A DNA stretch of 43,638 nt from Parcubacteria group bacterium (GCA_002724975.1 PBQF01000004.1:10443-54080); one strand, 5' to 3'; positions 1 to 8,681 are shown, counted from the first letter of the stretch. The notes: generated by a model not told the origin, from the letters alone. Numbers and translations: made by a program.

Positions 1-40
1 ACCCTTTTTCTTTTCATATAAAAAAGCTAATTTAAACCTT

Positions 41-1105
41 ATGGATGTAAAAGGTAAAAAGGTTTTTGTAGGGATGAGTGGAGGAGTTGATTCTTCTGTT
101 TCTGCAGCATTACTTAAAGAGCAAGGTTATGATGTGACTGGTGTTTTTATTCGTGTTTGGCAGCCAGATTTTACACCGTGTGATTGGCGGGAAGAAAGAA
201 GAGATGCCATGAGAGTTGCGGCACAATTGGATATTCCATTTAAAACATATGATTTTAGGGATGAATATAAAAAAGAGGTAGTTGATTACATGATAAAAGA
301 ATACAGAGAAGGAAGAACTCCAAATCCAGACGTTATGTGTAATCGATATGTTAAGTTTGGCTCGTTTTTACAAAAAGCAATTCAAGAAGGTGCAGATTTT
401 ATAGCAACTGGACATTATGTAAGAAATGAAGATGGCAAGCTTTTAGCTGGAAGAGATGATAATAAAGATCAATCGTATTTTTTATGGACTCTAAACCAAA
501 ACGATTTGAAAAAGATAATTTTTCCAATTGGAGAAATGGAAAAACCAAAGGTTAGAAAAGAAGCCGAGAAACTCAATTTGCATAATGCAAATAAAAAAGA
601 CAGCCAAGGGATTTGTTTTGTCGGCAAGATTGACGTGAAAGAATTTCTTAAGAACTACATTGATTCCAAAGAAGGAAATGTTTTGAATGAGGCAGGAGAA
701 GTAGTTGGCAAACATGATGGGGCCACCTTCTTAACTTTTGGCCAAAGGCATGGATTTACCATTACTAAAAAGACTCCCAATGATAAGCCATATTATGTTG
801 TTGGTAAAAATGTAGACAAGAATACTATTATTGTTTCTAATGAACTTAAAAGGAAAGAGTTTGGTTCGACCAGAAAGGGAGTAGAAATAGAAAGAGTTAA
901 TTGGATTTCCGGAGAAATTCCAAATTTAGACAAAAAATATAGGGCGCGACTTCGGTATAGACAAAATTTAAGAGACTGTAAAGTTGAAGCTAACAATAAC
1001 AAAATAGAAATAGTTTTTGATGAGCTTCAAGAAAATGTCACTTCTGGACAATCACTTGTCCTCTATGACGGCGAAATCTGTCTTGGAGGAGGAGTTATAT
1101 TTTAG
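41..1105 (+). CDS. mnmA: tRNA 2-thiouridine(34) synthase MnmA
   Basis: N-terminal PP-loop GMSGGVDSSV. Full-length match in order and length to the MnmA/TrmU architecture, including the NPD..C and QSYFL motifs. Confidence 0.93.
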   Translation: MDVKGKKVFVGMSGGVDSSVSAALLKEQGYDVTGVFIRVWQPDFTPCDWREERRDAMRVAAQLDIPFKTYDFRDEYKKEVVDYMIKEYREGRTPNPDVMCNRYVKFGSFLQKAIQEGADFIATGHYVRNEDGKLLAGRDDNKDQSYFLWTLNQNDLKKIIFPIGEMEKPKVRKEAEKLNLHNANKKDSQGICFVGKIDVKEFLKNYIDSKEGNVLNEAGEVVGKHDGATFLTFGQRHGFTITKKTPNDKPYYVVGKNVDKNTIIVSNELKRKEFGSTRKGVEIERVNWISGEIPNLDKKYRARLRYRQNLRDCKVEANNNKIEIVFDELQENVTSGQSLVLYDGEICLGGGVIF

Positions 1106-1118
1106 TAAAATAATCTTA

Positions 1119-1982
1119 ATGCAGGAAAAGAAAGCAGAAGTTCTTATTAAAAAACTTGATGGGACAGTACAGCCTTTTGATGAAGAGAAGCTTCGTCTGT
1201 CTCTTGATCGTTCTGGGGCATCTCCAGGGGCAATTGAATATATTGTAACTCATATAAACAATGAACTAAGTGAAGGTATGACCACCAGTCATATCTACAA
1301 GCGCGCTTACAAACTTTTAAAAGAGAAGGAAGAAACTTCTGCTCCAGCCGCTCGCTATTCGTTAAAAAGAGCTGTTATGGAGTTAGGTCCGACTGGCTTT
1401 CCTTTTGAAAGATTTGTTGGAGAGATTTTTAAAATCAAAGGTTACAAGATTACACTTGGAAGTATCTTAGAAGGAGTTTGTGCTTCTCATGAAATTGATA
1501 TTCTGGCAGAAAAAGGGGATGAGCTAGTACTGATAGAGACAAAATTTCATAATGAACTTAAAGTCAAATCTGATTTAAAAGTTGCTCTTTATGTCAGAGC
1601 CAGATATGACGATTTAGAAAAAAATAATTTTACTGGACAGTTAAAAGAAAAACAAAAACACCAATGCTGGATTATTACTAACACTAGTTTTACCAAAAAT
1701 GCTGCTAAGTATGGCAAATGTGCAAATATGGAAATGATTGGTTGGAGCCGCCCAGTTGGGAGGAGCCTCCAAGATTTGATAGAAGAAACAGCACTCCATC
1801 CACTTACTTGTTTAACAGCTCTCTCTGTTTCAGAGAAGAATAATATATTGAAAACAGGGAACGTCTTATGTCGCGATGTTAAAAATAACCCAAGCCTATT
1901 AGAGAGTACTGGTTTGAGTAGCAAAAAGGCAAGTTCTGTTCTGGAGGAAATAAGCCGTGTCTGCGTACCACGTACACACTAA
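1119..1982 (+). CDS. ATP-cone domain fused to an Mrr-like PD-(D/E)xK restriction-endonuclease domain
   Basis: The track ORF 1017..1982 overlaps mnmA, so ATG at 1119 (MQEKKAEVLIKKLDG..) is the likely start. The N-terminus resembles an ATP-cone (V.IKK.DG..QPFDEEKL..SL). The middle has HEIDILAEKGDELVLIETKFH, a D...E-x-K nuclease core. Confidence 0.7.
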   Translation: MQEKKAEVLIKKLDGTVQPFDEEKLRLSLDRSGASPGAIEYIVTHINNELSEGMTTSHIYKRAYKLLKEKEETSAPAARYSLKRAVMELGPTGFPFERFVGEIFKIKGYKITLGSILEGVCASHEIDILAEKGDELVLIETKFHNELKVKSDLKVALYVRARYDDLEKNNFTGQLKEKQKHQCWIITNTSFTKNAAKYGKCANMEMIGWSRPVGRSLQDLIEETALHPLTCLTALSVSEKNNILKTGNVLCRDVKNNPSLLESTGLSSKKASSVLEEISRVCVPRTH

Positions 1983-2062
1983 AGTACTAGGAAACTTTTT
2001 AGCCTTGTTAGCAAGGTATAGGCAGGGATATAATTCTATTGTCCTTTTGTAAAATCTTTTAA

Positions 2063-2665
2063 ATGGATTATCAGAGCGAGTATAATCAAATGATGAGGGG
2101 AGGAGAAGGAAATCAACAAAGATTTAAATATTTAATCGTGGCTGTTGTGGCTTTCGTTCTTGGCTTTGGTTCGGCTTGGATTTCTTTTAAATCTCAAGGA
2201 GACAGAGTTGCGGTGGAAGATAATAATACTGATGGAGTGGAAACAACAGCTAATATTTCTATTCCAATTTCGTCTGAAGGTGGTGAAAATCAAGAACCAC
2301 AAGAGTCTGTGACAGTTGGCGATGTTGTATTGAGAGTGGACCCCCAAGCTCCAGGTAAATCGGTTTTTGTAAAAGAAGTTTCAGCCCCAAGAGCTGTCTG
2401 GGTTGTAATAGTTGAAAATATAGATGGAGTCCATGGGAACATTTTAGGAGCAGGGCTTTTTGATATCGGAGAGACTGCCGGAGTAGTTGAGCTTTTAAGG
2501 GGAACAGTTGAAGGAGGAAGTTATTATGCACTTCTCCATAATGAAGATAGTGAACTAACTCAAAATAGAACTTTTGACTCAGAACAAGACACCCCATTAA
2601 TTGATTCCGAGAATAGAATAATCGAGGTTCTGTTCACCACCTCTTCTGCACCAGGAGAAGAATAA
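2063..2665 (+). CDS. hypothetical membrane-anchored (single TM) protein
   Basis: 200-aa ORF with one hydrophobic helix (YLIVAVVAFVLGFGSAWISF) and an acidic extracytoplasmic part. TAAAAT at 2050-2055 lies 7 nt before the ATG. No family recognised. Confidence 0.6.
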   Translation: MDYQSEYNQMMRGGEGNQQRFKYLIVAVVAFVLGFGSAWISFKSQGDRVAVEDNNTDGVETTANISIPISSEGGENQEPQESVTVGDVVLRVDPQAPGKSVFVKEVSAPRAVWVVIVENIDGVHGNILGAGLFDIGETAGVVELLRGTVEGGSYYALLHNEDSELTQNRTFDSEQDTPLIDSENRIIEVLFTTSSAPGEE

Positions 2666-2736
2666 AATATATTTTTATTAGATGTATTTCACAGGAGGTG
2701 CTTTCGCTTTTTTTTATTTGGATTTAAAATTTATTT

Positions 2737-2985
2737 ATGTATAGAAAATTTCATGTAAATGCTTTTGGTTTAGCCCTGGGTCTTTTGTGGGCAGGTGGGG
2801 TTTTTGTTTTAGGGCTCTTAGTATCTTTTGGTCATGGAGAAATGTTTATGGAACTTATCTCAAGTTTTTATCCTGGCTATGAAGCAACTTTAACAGGTTC
2901 GGTTATAGGAGCAGTTTGGGCGTTTGTTAATGCCTATATTGGCGGAGTTATTTTTGCCTGGCTTTACAACAAGCTTTCTCAATAA
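2737..2985 (+). CDS. small integral membrane protein, hypothetical
   Basis: 82 aa with two or three Gly/Ala-rich hydrophobic helices. TAAAAT at 2725-2730 lies 6 nt before the ATG. Confidence 0.6.
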   Translation: MYRKFHVNAFGLALGLLWAGGVFVLGLLVSFGHGEMFMELISSFYPGYEATLTGSVIGAVWAFVNAYIGGVIFAWLYNKLSQ

Positions 2986-3020
2986 GTCATTATAAAAGGT
3001 GTTTGTGTTAAAATACTTGA

Positions 3021-3833
3021 ATGTCTGAATATAAACCTCATAGACATCCGAGTTGGAATTACGGTGGAAAAAGGTTTCGATTAAGTCGTTCAAAAATTGA
3101 CTTATTTTCAATTTGCCCGAGGTGCTTCTATATAGATAACAAATTGGGTACAGCTCGACCAAGAGGTCCAGCATTTACTTTGAATATTGCTGTAGATGAA
3201 TTATTAAAAAAAGAGTTTGATTTCTACAGAGCTGAAGGCTCACCCCATCCTTTAATGAAAGAGTATGGAATAAATGCTGTGCCGTTCAAGCATCAGGATA
3301 TGGATAAATGGCGTGACTCACTTCGTAGGGGTGTGGAATATTTTCATGAACCGACCGACTTTAATATTTCTGGTGGAATTGATGACGTCTGGGTAAATCC
3401 TGATACTAATGAACTTTATGTCGTTGATTATAAGGCTACGGCCAAGAACAATAAAATGAACGAACTTTCAGATACCAAGTGGGAGAATCAATACAAAAGA
3501 CAAATGGATATCTATCAATGGCTCTTGCGAAAGAATGGCTTACAAGTTTCAGACACAGGCTATTTTGTCTATGCCAATGGTGATAAATCAGCAGAATCTT
3601 TTGACAGCAAACTAGAATTTGATATGACCATAATTCCTTATGAAGGTGATGATAGTTGGGTAGAGGGCTCTTTGATGAATATCAAAAAGACATTAGATAG
3701 TGAAGAGATTCCTAAAGCAAGTGAAGACTGTGAATACTGTGCATACAGAAATGCGGCAATTAAAGTTATAAGTGAGAAAACAAAAAAGAAAAATGAGCCG
3801 AAAGGAACAAAAGAAAAAGACACCCTTTTCTAG
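3021..3833 (+). CDS. PD-(D/E)XK nuclease, RecB/Cas4-like with Cys pairs
   Basis: GGIDDVW ... VVDYKAT (D / D-x-K core) followed by QMDIYQWLL (QxxxY). CPRC near the N-terminus and CEYC near the C-terminus resemble Cas4/AddB-type Fe-S ligands. Confidence 0.7.
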   Translation: MSEYKPHRHPSWNYGGKRFRLSRSKIDLFSICPRCFYIDNKLGTARPRGPAFTLNIAVDELLKKEFDFYRAEGSPHPLMKEYGINAVPFKHQDMDKWRDSLRRGVEYFHEPTDFNISGGIDDVWVNPDTNELYVVDYKATAKNNKMNELSDTKWENQYKRQMDIYQWLLRKNGLQVSDTGYFVYANGDKSAESFDSKLEFDMTIIPYEGDDSWVEGSLMNIKKTLDSEEIPKASEDCEYCAYRNAAIKVISEKTKKKNEPKGTKEKDTLF

Positions 3834-4068
3834 AAAAGTTTTAGATATTGTTAAAAAAATCCCAAAAGGAAAGATTCTTTCATACAAGAAAGTAGCAATA
3901 GCTACTGGGAGTCCAAATGCTTCAAGAGTAGTTGGGAATATTATGAAGAAGAATATGGACCCAAATGTACCGTGTCATCGGGTTATAAGATCAAATGGAG
4001 AAATTGGTGGATATAATGGTTTGAGAGGTGAAAAATCAAAGTTGTTAGAGAAAGAAGGAGCACTATAA
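3793..4068 (+). CDS. MGMT-family protein (methylated-DNA-[protein]-cysteine methyltransferase DNA-binding/active-site domain only)
   Basis: PCHRVI active-site motif and SYKKVA..G.P.ASRVVG helix-turn-helix region. About 90 aa, lacking the N-terminal domain of Ada/Ogt. ATG 3793 is preferred over GTG 3772. Confidence 0.75.
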   Translation: MSRKEQKKKTPFSRKVLDIVKKIPKGKILSYKKVAIATGSPNASRVVGNIMKKNMDPNVPCHRVIRSNGEIGGYNGLRGEKSKLLEKEGAL

Positions 4069-4682
4069 TGTTGAATAAGAAAGGATTAATTGAGCATCTA
4101 AAATCAAGCGGAGTTTTAAAAAATTCCAATATAATAGAGGCTTTTGAAAAAATTGATAGAGCAGATTTTGTATTGGAAGAGCATAAGCTTGAAAGTTATG
4201 AAGACCATCCTATTCCTATTGGCAGGGGACAAACAATTTCACAGCCTACAACGGTTGCTTTTATGTTGGAGCTTCTTTCTGTACAAAAAGGGGATAAGGT
4301 ATTAGATATTGGTTCTGGTTCCGGCTGGACCACGGCTCTTTTATCTGAATTGGTGGGAAGCACTGGGGAAGTTTTTGGAGTTGAAAGAGTTTCAGAATTG
4401 GTGGAGTTTGGTAGCAAAAATTTGGCTAAATACGATTTTAAAAATTCTAAAATCATTCAAGCGGGAGACAAATTAGGACTTTCAAATGAAGTACCTTTTG
4501 ACAAGATATTGGTGTCTGCAGGCGCAGATGAATTACCAAAAGAACTTTTGACCCAGTTAAAAACAGGCGGGATTTTAGTTATACCGATTGGTTACTCTGT
4601 TTGGAAGATTATCAAAACAACGGACGAGGAAATTGAGGAAGAAGAGTATAAAGGTTTCACTTTTGTACCATTAATAAAATGA
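4068..4682 (+). CDS. pcm: protein-L-isoaspartate O-methyltransferase
   Basis: TISQP motif, SAM motif I VLDIGSGSGW, and typical length. The start overlaps the preceding stop (TAATG). Confidence 0.9.
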   Translation: MLNKKGLIEHLKSSGVLKNSNIIEAFEKIDRADFVLEEHKLESYEDHPIPIGRGQTISQPTTVAFMLELLSVQKGDKVLDIGSGSGWTTALLSELVGSTGEVFGVERVSELVEFGSKNLAKYDFKNSKIIQAGDKLGLSNEVPFDKILVSAGADELPKELLTQLKTGGILVIPIGYSVWKIIKTTDEEIEEEEYKGFTFVPLIK

Positions 4683-5281
4683 ACTCCGAAGAAAAAAAAG
4701 AAAAAATGAAAGAAATTCGGGACGAGGTTGTAAACCTTAAAAAATCTCCCTTATACCATTATCGAACTGAGCATAATTATTATCCGGTAATCGGACAGGG
4801 GAGCCATGATGCCAATATTATGTTTATTGGTGAAGCACCAGGAGAAAATGAAGCTAAAACTGGGGTGCCTTTTTGTGGCGCTTCTGGAAAATTTTTAGAT
4901 GAACTTTTAGACCATATTAATATTTCACGTGAGAAGGTTTATATTACAAATGTTTTAAAAGACCGACCTCCTGGAAATAGGGATCCTTTAGCAAATGAAA
5001 TAGGAATGTACGCACCTTTTTTGGATAGGCAAATCGAAATCATAGGACCGAAGGTTATAGCGACTCTTGGGCGATTTGCGATGAATTACATTATGGAGAA
5101 ATTCGGATTAAAAGACCAAATCACAAAAATAACTGAAATGCATGGAAAAGTTTTTGATGTGGACACTCCAACCCACAGTTTTAAAATTGTGCCTCTTTAT
5201 CATCCGGCTGTAGCCATCTACAATGCCAATAATAAAGATGAATTAAAAAAGGACTTTGAGGTTTTGAAGTCCCTAGTATAA
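4679..5281 (+). CDS. uracil-DNA glycosylase, family 4
   Basis: GEAPGENE motif A, PFCGASG, and the C-terminal YHPA motif. ATGA overlap with pcm. Confidence 0.88.
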   Translation: MNSEEKKEKMKEIRDEVVNLKKSPLYHYRTEHNYYPVIGQGSHDANIMFIGEAPGENEAKTGVPFCGASGKFLDELLDHINISREKVYITNVLKDRPPGNRDPLANEIGMYAPFLDRQIEIIGPKVIATLGRFAMNYIMEKFGLKDQITKITEMHGKVFDVDTPTHSFKIVPLYHPAVAIYNANNKDELKKDFEVLKSLV

Positions 5282-5288
5282 TCAATAT

Positions 5289-5468
5289 ATGAAGTACGCT
5301 GAAAAAATAAGAATTGAAGATGGATTACCACTGTCTTTACATAAGGTGGAATGGGAGGCTTTGAAAGGGAGACATGGCGGTTTAAAATATTATTTTTTTA
5401 AGATAAATCTTTTAATTCCATGTGTTTTCACGCTACTTTATTTGTTTATAATAGTTTTTTCTCTCTAA
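5289..5468 (+). CDS. unlisted 59-aa ORF, tail-anchored small protein (hypothetical)
   Basis: Hand translation gives MKYAEKIRIEDGLPLSLHKVEWEALKGRHGGLKYYFFKINLLIPCVFTLLYLFIIVFSL. It fills the udg-alaS gap exactly, with its stop 1 nt before the alaS ATG. TATAAT at 5277-5282 lies 6 nt upstream, as at other gene starts here. One residue below the apparent length cutoff of the ORF track. Confidence 0.4.
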   Translation: MKYAEKIRIEDGLPLSLHKVEWEALKGRHGGLKYYFFKINLLIPCVFTLLYLFIIVFSL

Positions 5469-5469
5469 A

Positions 5470-7155
5470 ATGACATACAGAGAAATAAGGGAGAAATTTC
5501 AGAAATTTTTTGAAAGTAAGGGGCATAAATTAGTCCCTTCTGCTTCGTTGGTGCCTGAAAATGATTCCTCAGTTCTCTTCACAACTGCCGGAATGCAGCA
5601 ATTTAAGCCCTATTATACAGGGGCTATGGATGTCGAAAAGGATTTTGGCTCCCTTAATACTGCTTCCATTCAAAAGGCGGTTCGAACTTCGGCTATTGAG
5701 GAGGTTGGAGACGAATCACATTTGACCTTTTTTGAAATGCTTGGAAATTTTAGCTTTGGAGGATATGAGAAAAAGGAGGCAATTCAATATGCCCATGAAT
5801 TTATAACTAAAGAAATGGGCCTTCCTATTGATTATGTTTCAGTTTTTGGCGGCGATAGTGACGTATCGGCCGATGAGGAATCGGAAAAAATTTGGAAAGA
5901 AATTGATTCCAATATAAAAATTGAAAAATATGGAAAGGAAGATAATTTCTGGGGGCCGACTGGAGAAGAGGGTCCTTGTGGCCCGTCAACTGAAATTTTT
6001 GTTAATGGAGTTGAAATTTGGAATTTGGTCTTTAATGAATTTTATTGTAGTAAGGATAAAAAACTTGAACCGTTAAAAATGAAAGGGGTTGATACCGGTA
6101 TGGGTTTGGAGAGACTAGCGATGGTGTCGCAGGGGAAAAGTAATGTTTATGAAACGGATTTGTTTATTGCAACTATGGATAAAATAAGAGAGCTTTCTCC
6201 AAAAGATGAGGAACATTCTCAGAGAATCATTGCCGATCACATAAGAAGCGCTGTTTTTATAATTAGTGATGGTGTTTTTCCTAGTAATACTGATAAAGGA
6301 TATATTTTAAGAAGGCTAATTAGAAGAGCTGTTAGGCAAGCTGATTTAGTAGGTATGCCCAGAGGATCCTTGGCCAAGGTTGCAAACGTGGTAATAAATG
6401 ACTATGGGAATGTTTATGAAAATTTAGTTACAAAAGGTGAAGAAATAAGAAATGAAATTCAAAAAGAGGAGAATAGCTTTATAGCTAATTTATCAAAGGG
6501 ATTAAAACAACTTGAAAAACTTGGGAATAATATTTCTGGGAAAGATGCTTTTGATTTATATCAGAGTTATGGTTTCCCAATTGAGATGACAAGAGGAATA
6601 GTTATATTAGAGAAAGGTGGCAGTGTTGACATGGAAGGATATAAGGAAGAGTTAAAAAAACACTCAGAATTATCAACTACCGCTTCTGCTGGAAGATTCA
6701 AGGGTGGCCTTGCCGGCAGTGGAGATATGGAGACAAAATATCATACCGCAACCCATCTTTTGTTTGCTGTACTTCGGAAAATTTTAGGTGAAGAAGTAGA
6801 ACAAAAGGGAAGCAATATTACTCCCGAAAGATTAAGATTTGATTTTTCATATCCACAAAAATTAACTGATGAGGAAAAACAGCAAGTAGAAAATCTGGTT
6901 AATCAAAAAATTGAAGAGGGACTTGATACTTCAATGCAAGAAGTTTCAGTTGAAGAGGCCAAGAAAATGGGTGCTCACGGAGTTTTTGATAAAAAGTATG
7001 GTGATAAAGTTAAGGTTTATAAAATTGGGGATTTCAGTTTGGAAATCTGCGGCGGCCCTCATGTTAAGAATACTTCGGAATTAGGCGAATTTAAAATAAC
7101 AAAAGAAGAATCATCTTCTGGTGGGATTAGAAGAATCAGAGCTGTTTTAGAATAG
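5470..7155 (+). CDS. alaS: alanine--tRNA ligase, compact form without C-Ala domain
   Basis: FTTAGMQQFKP and FFEMLGNFSFG class-II AlaRS motifs. Editing-domain HTATHLL and CGGPHV metal ligands. Only 561 aa. Confidence 0.92.
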   Translation: MTYREIREKFQKFFESKGHKLVPSASLVPENDSSVLFTTAGMQQFKPYYTGAMDVEKDFGSLNTASIQKAVRTSAIEEVGDESHLTFFEMLGNFSFGGYEKKEAIQYAHEFITKEMGLPIDYVSVFGGDSDVSADEESEKIWKEIDSNIKIEKYGKEDNFWGPTGEEGPCGPSTEIFVNGVEIWNLVFNEFYCSKDKKLEPLKMKGVDTGMGLERLAMVSQGKSNVYETDLFIATMDKIRELSPKDEEHSQRIIADHIRSAVFIISDGVFPSNTDKGYILRRLIRRAVRQADLVGMPRGSLAKVANVVINDYGNVYENLVTKGEEIRNEIQKEENSFIANLSKGLKQLEKLGNNISGKDAFDLYQSYGFPIEMTRGIVILEKGGSVDMEGYKEELKKHSELSTTASAGRFKGGLAGSGDMETKYHTATHLLFAVLRKILGEEVEQKGSNITPERLRFDFSYPQKLTDEEKQQVENLVNQKIEEGLDTSMQEVSVEEAKKMGAHGVFDKKYGDKVKVYKIGDFSLEICGGPHVKNTSELGEFKITKEESSSGGIRRIRAVLE

Positions 7156-7177
7156 TTGATTTTATTTCCATAAATTT

Positions 7178-7345
7178 GTCTCCTGTATTAGGAGCAGGGG
7201 TGGAGACACTTGTTGTTGGAAACCGAGCCAATAGCTGATCTGTCCCTGTTCTCTAGTCCGCCGCTCTTGTGACATAGTACACCCAGCTTCTTTGGAAGCT
7301 ACGCATAACGCGACTCGTTGTCACAGGTTGGCAACGAGTTTTTTG
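7178..7345 (+). ncRNA. candidate structured RNA / attenuator-like element downstream of alaS (family unknown)
   Basis: Noticeably more G+C than its flanks and no ORF. Perfect hairpin AGCTTC-TTTG-GAAGCT (7285-7300). An intrinsic terminator ends the element, and an alternative helix TGTGACA (7268-7274) / TGTCACA (7319-7325) overlaps the terminator's left arm. Confidence 0.4.
7314..7344 (+). terminator. intrinsic terminator
   Basis: CTCGTTG (7314-7320) pairs with CAACGAG (7332-7338) and is extendable by two pairs. It is followed by TTTTTT at 7339-7344. Confidence 0.7.
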
Positions 7346-7431
7346 ATTAGCTTATTTTTACAGAAGAATGCTACACCTTCTTTTTAACATTTCTGTTTTT
7401 AGTTTTTTCTCTCTCAATTTATACTTAGGGT

Positions 7432-8655
7432 ATGCTTTTTCCTTTTGTTAAGAGTGAGAATAAAAAAAGAGGCAAAACTGTTTTGATTCTGGATATTGGC
7501 AGTGGTAGTGTTGCAGGCTCTTTTGTTGAATTAGCCCAGAATAAGAATCCGAAAGTTATGTATGTTAAAAGGGTTCCAATGAAGTTCGTTAGAGAACTTT
7601 CTGGTAATCGTTTTAAAAAAGGGATGTTTACTGCTCTGGGCGTGGTTCTAGATGATTTAAGTAAAAAAGGTTTGTCTTCTCTTGGTAGTGATGCCTCAAA
7701 AAAGAGAATTAAAAAAGTTTATTGTTCTTTGGCTTCTCCCTGGTTTGTCTCACAAACTAAGACTGTGAAAATCAAAAAAGAAGAACCTTTTGTTATAACA
7801 AGCAAATTTATTTCAGATTTTCTTAACAGAGAAGAGGGAGATTTTGAAAACTCAAATTTGTCCAAATATGGTTCAGGAAGAAAACAGGAATCGGAAGTTA
7901 TTGAAAGAAAACTTATAGACATGAAATTAAACGGCTATAAGGTGGGGAATCCTCTGGGTAAGAAAGCTAAAGAGGCTGAACTGACCTTGTTTTTAAGTAT
8001 GTCTCAAACGAGTATCCTAGACGAGATTGAAGATGTTATTACCAAATATTTTTATACCGAAGATTTAACCTTCCATTCCTTTACCCTTGTTTCATTTTCT
8101 GCAATTAGGGATATGTATGACAGAGTTACGGACTTTCTTCTTTTGGATATTGCAGGAGAAGTAACTGACATTTCATTGGTGAAGCAAGGAAATGTTCTGA
8201 AGACAATGTCATTTCCTGTTGGTAAGAATACTCTGCTTCGCTTTTTAGCAGAGGAACTAAGGACTTCTTCAGAGGAAGCATTGTCGTCTCTTCGGCTTTT
8301 CTACACCGAGTCACTTTTTGGTGGCAAAATTGATAAATTAAGAAAATCCATTACTAAAGTTGGCGGAACATGGCTTAGAGAATTTAGAAATGCTTTAACA
8401 ACTTTGTCAACTGGGGACAGTGTTCCATCAACGATTTTCTTCACAGCAGACGAGGATTTGTCTAATTTTTATAATAGACTCATGAAATCTGAAGAGTTTT
8501 CCCAGTCTATAATGACAGATGGACTATTTGTTGTGAGTTTTGTCAACTGCTCTAGTCTCGATTCTTATGTATTATTTAGGACGAAGGAGGAGAAAGATAC
8601 CTTTATAGCCATCGAGGCAATCTTCTTTAACAGGGTGTTTGAATTAGAAAGGTAA
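7432..8655 (+). CDS. actin/Hsp70-fold ATPase, FtsA/PilM-like
   Basis: N-terminal VLILDIGSGSVAG phosphate-1-like motif and a later LLLDIAGEVTDISL phosphate-2-like motif. The 407-aa size is compatible with FtsA/PilM. Which of the two it is cannot be told from sequence alone. Confidence 0.55.
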   Translation: MLFPFVKSENKKRGKTVLILDIGSGSVAGSFVELAQNKNPKVMYVKRVPMKFVRELSGNRFKKGMFTALGVVLDDLSKKGLSSLGSDASKKRIKKVYCSLASPWFVSQTKTVKIKKEEPFVITSKFISDFLNREEGDFENSNLSKYGSGRKQESEVIERKLIDMKLNGYKVGNPLGKKAKEAELTLFLSMSQTSILDEIEDVITKYFYTEDLTFHSFTLVSFSAIRDMYDRVTDFLLLDIAGEVTDISLVKQGNVLKTMSFPVGKNTLLRFLAEELRTSSEEALSSLRLFYTESLFGGKIDKLRKSITKVGGTWLREFRNALTTLSTGDSVPSTIFFTADEDLSNFYNRLMKSEEFSQSIMTDGLFVVSFVNCSSLDSYVLFRTKEEKDTFIAIEAIFFNRVFELER

Positions 8656-8681
8656 GTCATATATTATTTCATAACAAATTT

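Noticed and set aside
1017-1118. N-terminal extension of the ATP-cone/nuclease ORF overlapping mnmA by 89 nt
   Set aside because: The extension has no homology-like features. The ATP-cone pattern begins right after the ATG at 1119, which lies 13 nt past the mnmA stop.
4691-4698. A8 homopolymer near the 5' end of the UDG gene as a phase-variation switch
   Set aside because: Poly-A/Lys-rich N-termini are common in this AT-rich genome. There is no evidence of frame disruption or an alternative frame ORF.
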